This document shows, in pieces, positions 63,158 through 64,000 of a stretch of 64,000 nucleotides of DNA. Each line of letters opens with the position of its first letter. Position 1 is the stretch's first letter. The stretch is taken from NCBI GenBank assembly GCA_963758525.1, contig CAVWVQ010000003.1, positions 1,536,001 through 1,600,000 on the forward strand, written 5' to 3'. This stretch comes from an uncultured Phycisphaerales bacterium (GTDB lineage Bacteria > Planctomycetota > Phycisphaerae > Tepidisphaerales > Tepidisphaeraceae). The notes beneath the pieces were generated by a model. It made no database searches. It was not told the DNA's origin and saw only the letters and a program-made list of their open reading frames with translations. The position numbers were made by a program, and so were the translations under genes.

Positions 63158-63490
63158 TCAGTCCGGCAGCCCCTCAATCTTCGTGGGCGCGATCCACTTC
63201 TTCCCGTCCTTCTCGGAAACAACGCCTGTGACCGTGACATTTTCAACGGGAGCCTTGCAGACCTTCTCGTGCGTGTCCTTGGAGGCATCGCTGTCGGCAA
63301 TGTAGTAGTTCACCGTGGCATCCCCCTCTTTGACTTGCAGGACACTCTGGCACTTGGCTGATTCATGCAACCCGCACTTGGCGCAGGTCATGGTCCCCTT
63401 CAGCGTGGTCGTCGTGTCGTCGGCTCGCGCGACATTGACAAACGCACTCATCGCCATCATCGCCAACCCGAAGAAGATAAGATTTCGCAT
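63158..63490 (-). CDS. DUF6370-like small secreted protein
   Basis: Signal peptide; TLKGTMTCAKCGL..KCQSVLQV..YY..HEKVC..VTVTG.V.EKDGKKWI. Confidence 0.75.
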   Translation of the reverse strand: MRNLIFFGLAMMAMSAFVNVARADDTTTTLKGTMTCAKCGLHESAKCQSVLQVKEGDATVNYYIADSDASKDTHEKVCKAPVENVTVTGVVSEKDGKKWIAPTKIEGLPD

Positions 63491-63619
63491 GGCTGCCTCA
63501 TAAAAGAATCCAGACCGGACGACCGCCCGCGGCAACCGCCTCGATCTGAAACACTGTTTGGACGGTAGGTTTCACCGACACCCCCGGTCTACCGGCAATG
63601 TTATTATTTTGGTGATTCA

Positions 63620-63653
63620 GTAGCCCAAAAGCCAACGGATGGCGATCCGTTGG
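63620..63653. repeat. REP-like palindrome AAGCCAACGGATGGCGATCCGTTGG, copy 4
   Basis: Matches the copies at 37964-38200. Confidence 0.8.
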
Positions 63654-63755
63654 ATCTCGGTTCCGCTCGGTTCCATGGTCGCGGTGATTTACGTTGCCAA
63701 ACTCGCGGCCGGGCCGGATAATTCGGTCAGATCGCGCAGCTCAAGGACTATACTC

Positions 63756-64000
63756 ATGTCAGTGGAAACGAACTCGCCCCCCGCCGCTACGATTGCCAGC
63801 ACCCCGGCCGCGCAGACCGAGATCAAGGTTTCTCCGCGCCGCTTCACGCTGAAGGATTTTCTTAAAACCTGCGTGCAGATCAACGGCTCGGACATCCATT
63901 TGCAGGCGGCTTCGGTGCCGATGATCCGCGTTGACGGTAAAGCGCGATTCCTCGACTGCCCGCCGCCGGACAACGCGCAGATGGAGGAAATGATCGAGCA
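63756..64000 (+). CDS. pilT: PilT/PilU family type IV pilus ATPase, N-terminal part (runs off the window edge)
   Basis: Own translation: MSVETN...LKDFLKTCVQINGSDIHLQAASVPMIRVDG; AAGGA RBS. Confidence 0.8.
   Translation, partial: MSVETNSPPAATIASTPAAQTEIKVSPRRFTLKDFLKTCVQINGSDIHLQAASVPMIRVDGKARFLDCPPPDNAQMEEMIE

Noticed and set aside
1..64000. rRNA, tRNA, integrase, prophage or IS transposase genes
   Set aside because: None recognised on either strand.

Overview
GC-rich bacterial chromosome segment, probably Planctomycetota (Phycisphaerae/Tepidisphaerales-like). This is inferred from LEPR-XLL extracellular proteins, ATQP/ATRP-type linkers, a planctomycete-type L28 and DUF6370. From left to right it holds: an ABC exporter; a nickel-pincer (larB/larE/larC) locus without larA that encloses two Tat-signal aldo/keto reductases; a complete trehalose/GlgE alpha-glucan cluster (treY treZ glgX / glgE treS-mak glgB) plus an alpha-amylase, with an AlbA_2/Schlafen-like gene and a hicAB remnant inserted; gatA, gatC, rpmB; a very large orphan secretin; murA; a CAP-domain surface protein; a probable oriC (DnaA boxes, DnaA-trios) upstream of dnaN with no dnaA; a HEPN gene pair; dciA-like, asnB, a CPBP protease, gyrA; duplicated Uma2 genes around a SOUL gene; pyk, an LPS kinase, tal; a 1,718-aa surface protein; and the start of pilT. 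At least eight families of short palindromic or inverted repeats fill the intergenic spaces, and one family sits in frame inside treY. About ten genes carry single-base frameshifts, most likely long-read sequencing errors. The best candidate for a new system is the lar locus with Tat-exported AKRs as putative nickel-pincer-cofactor enzymes. All family assignments come from motif recognition by eye; no searches were run.
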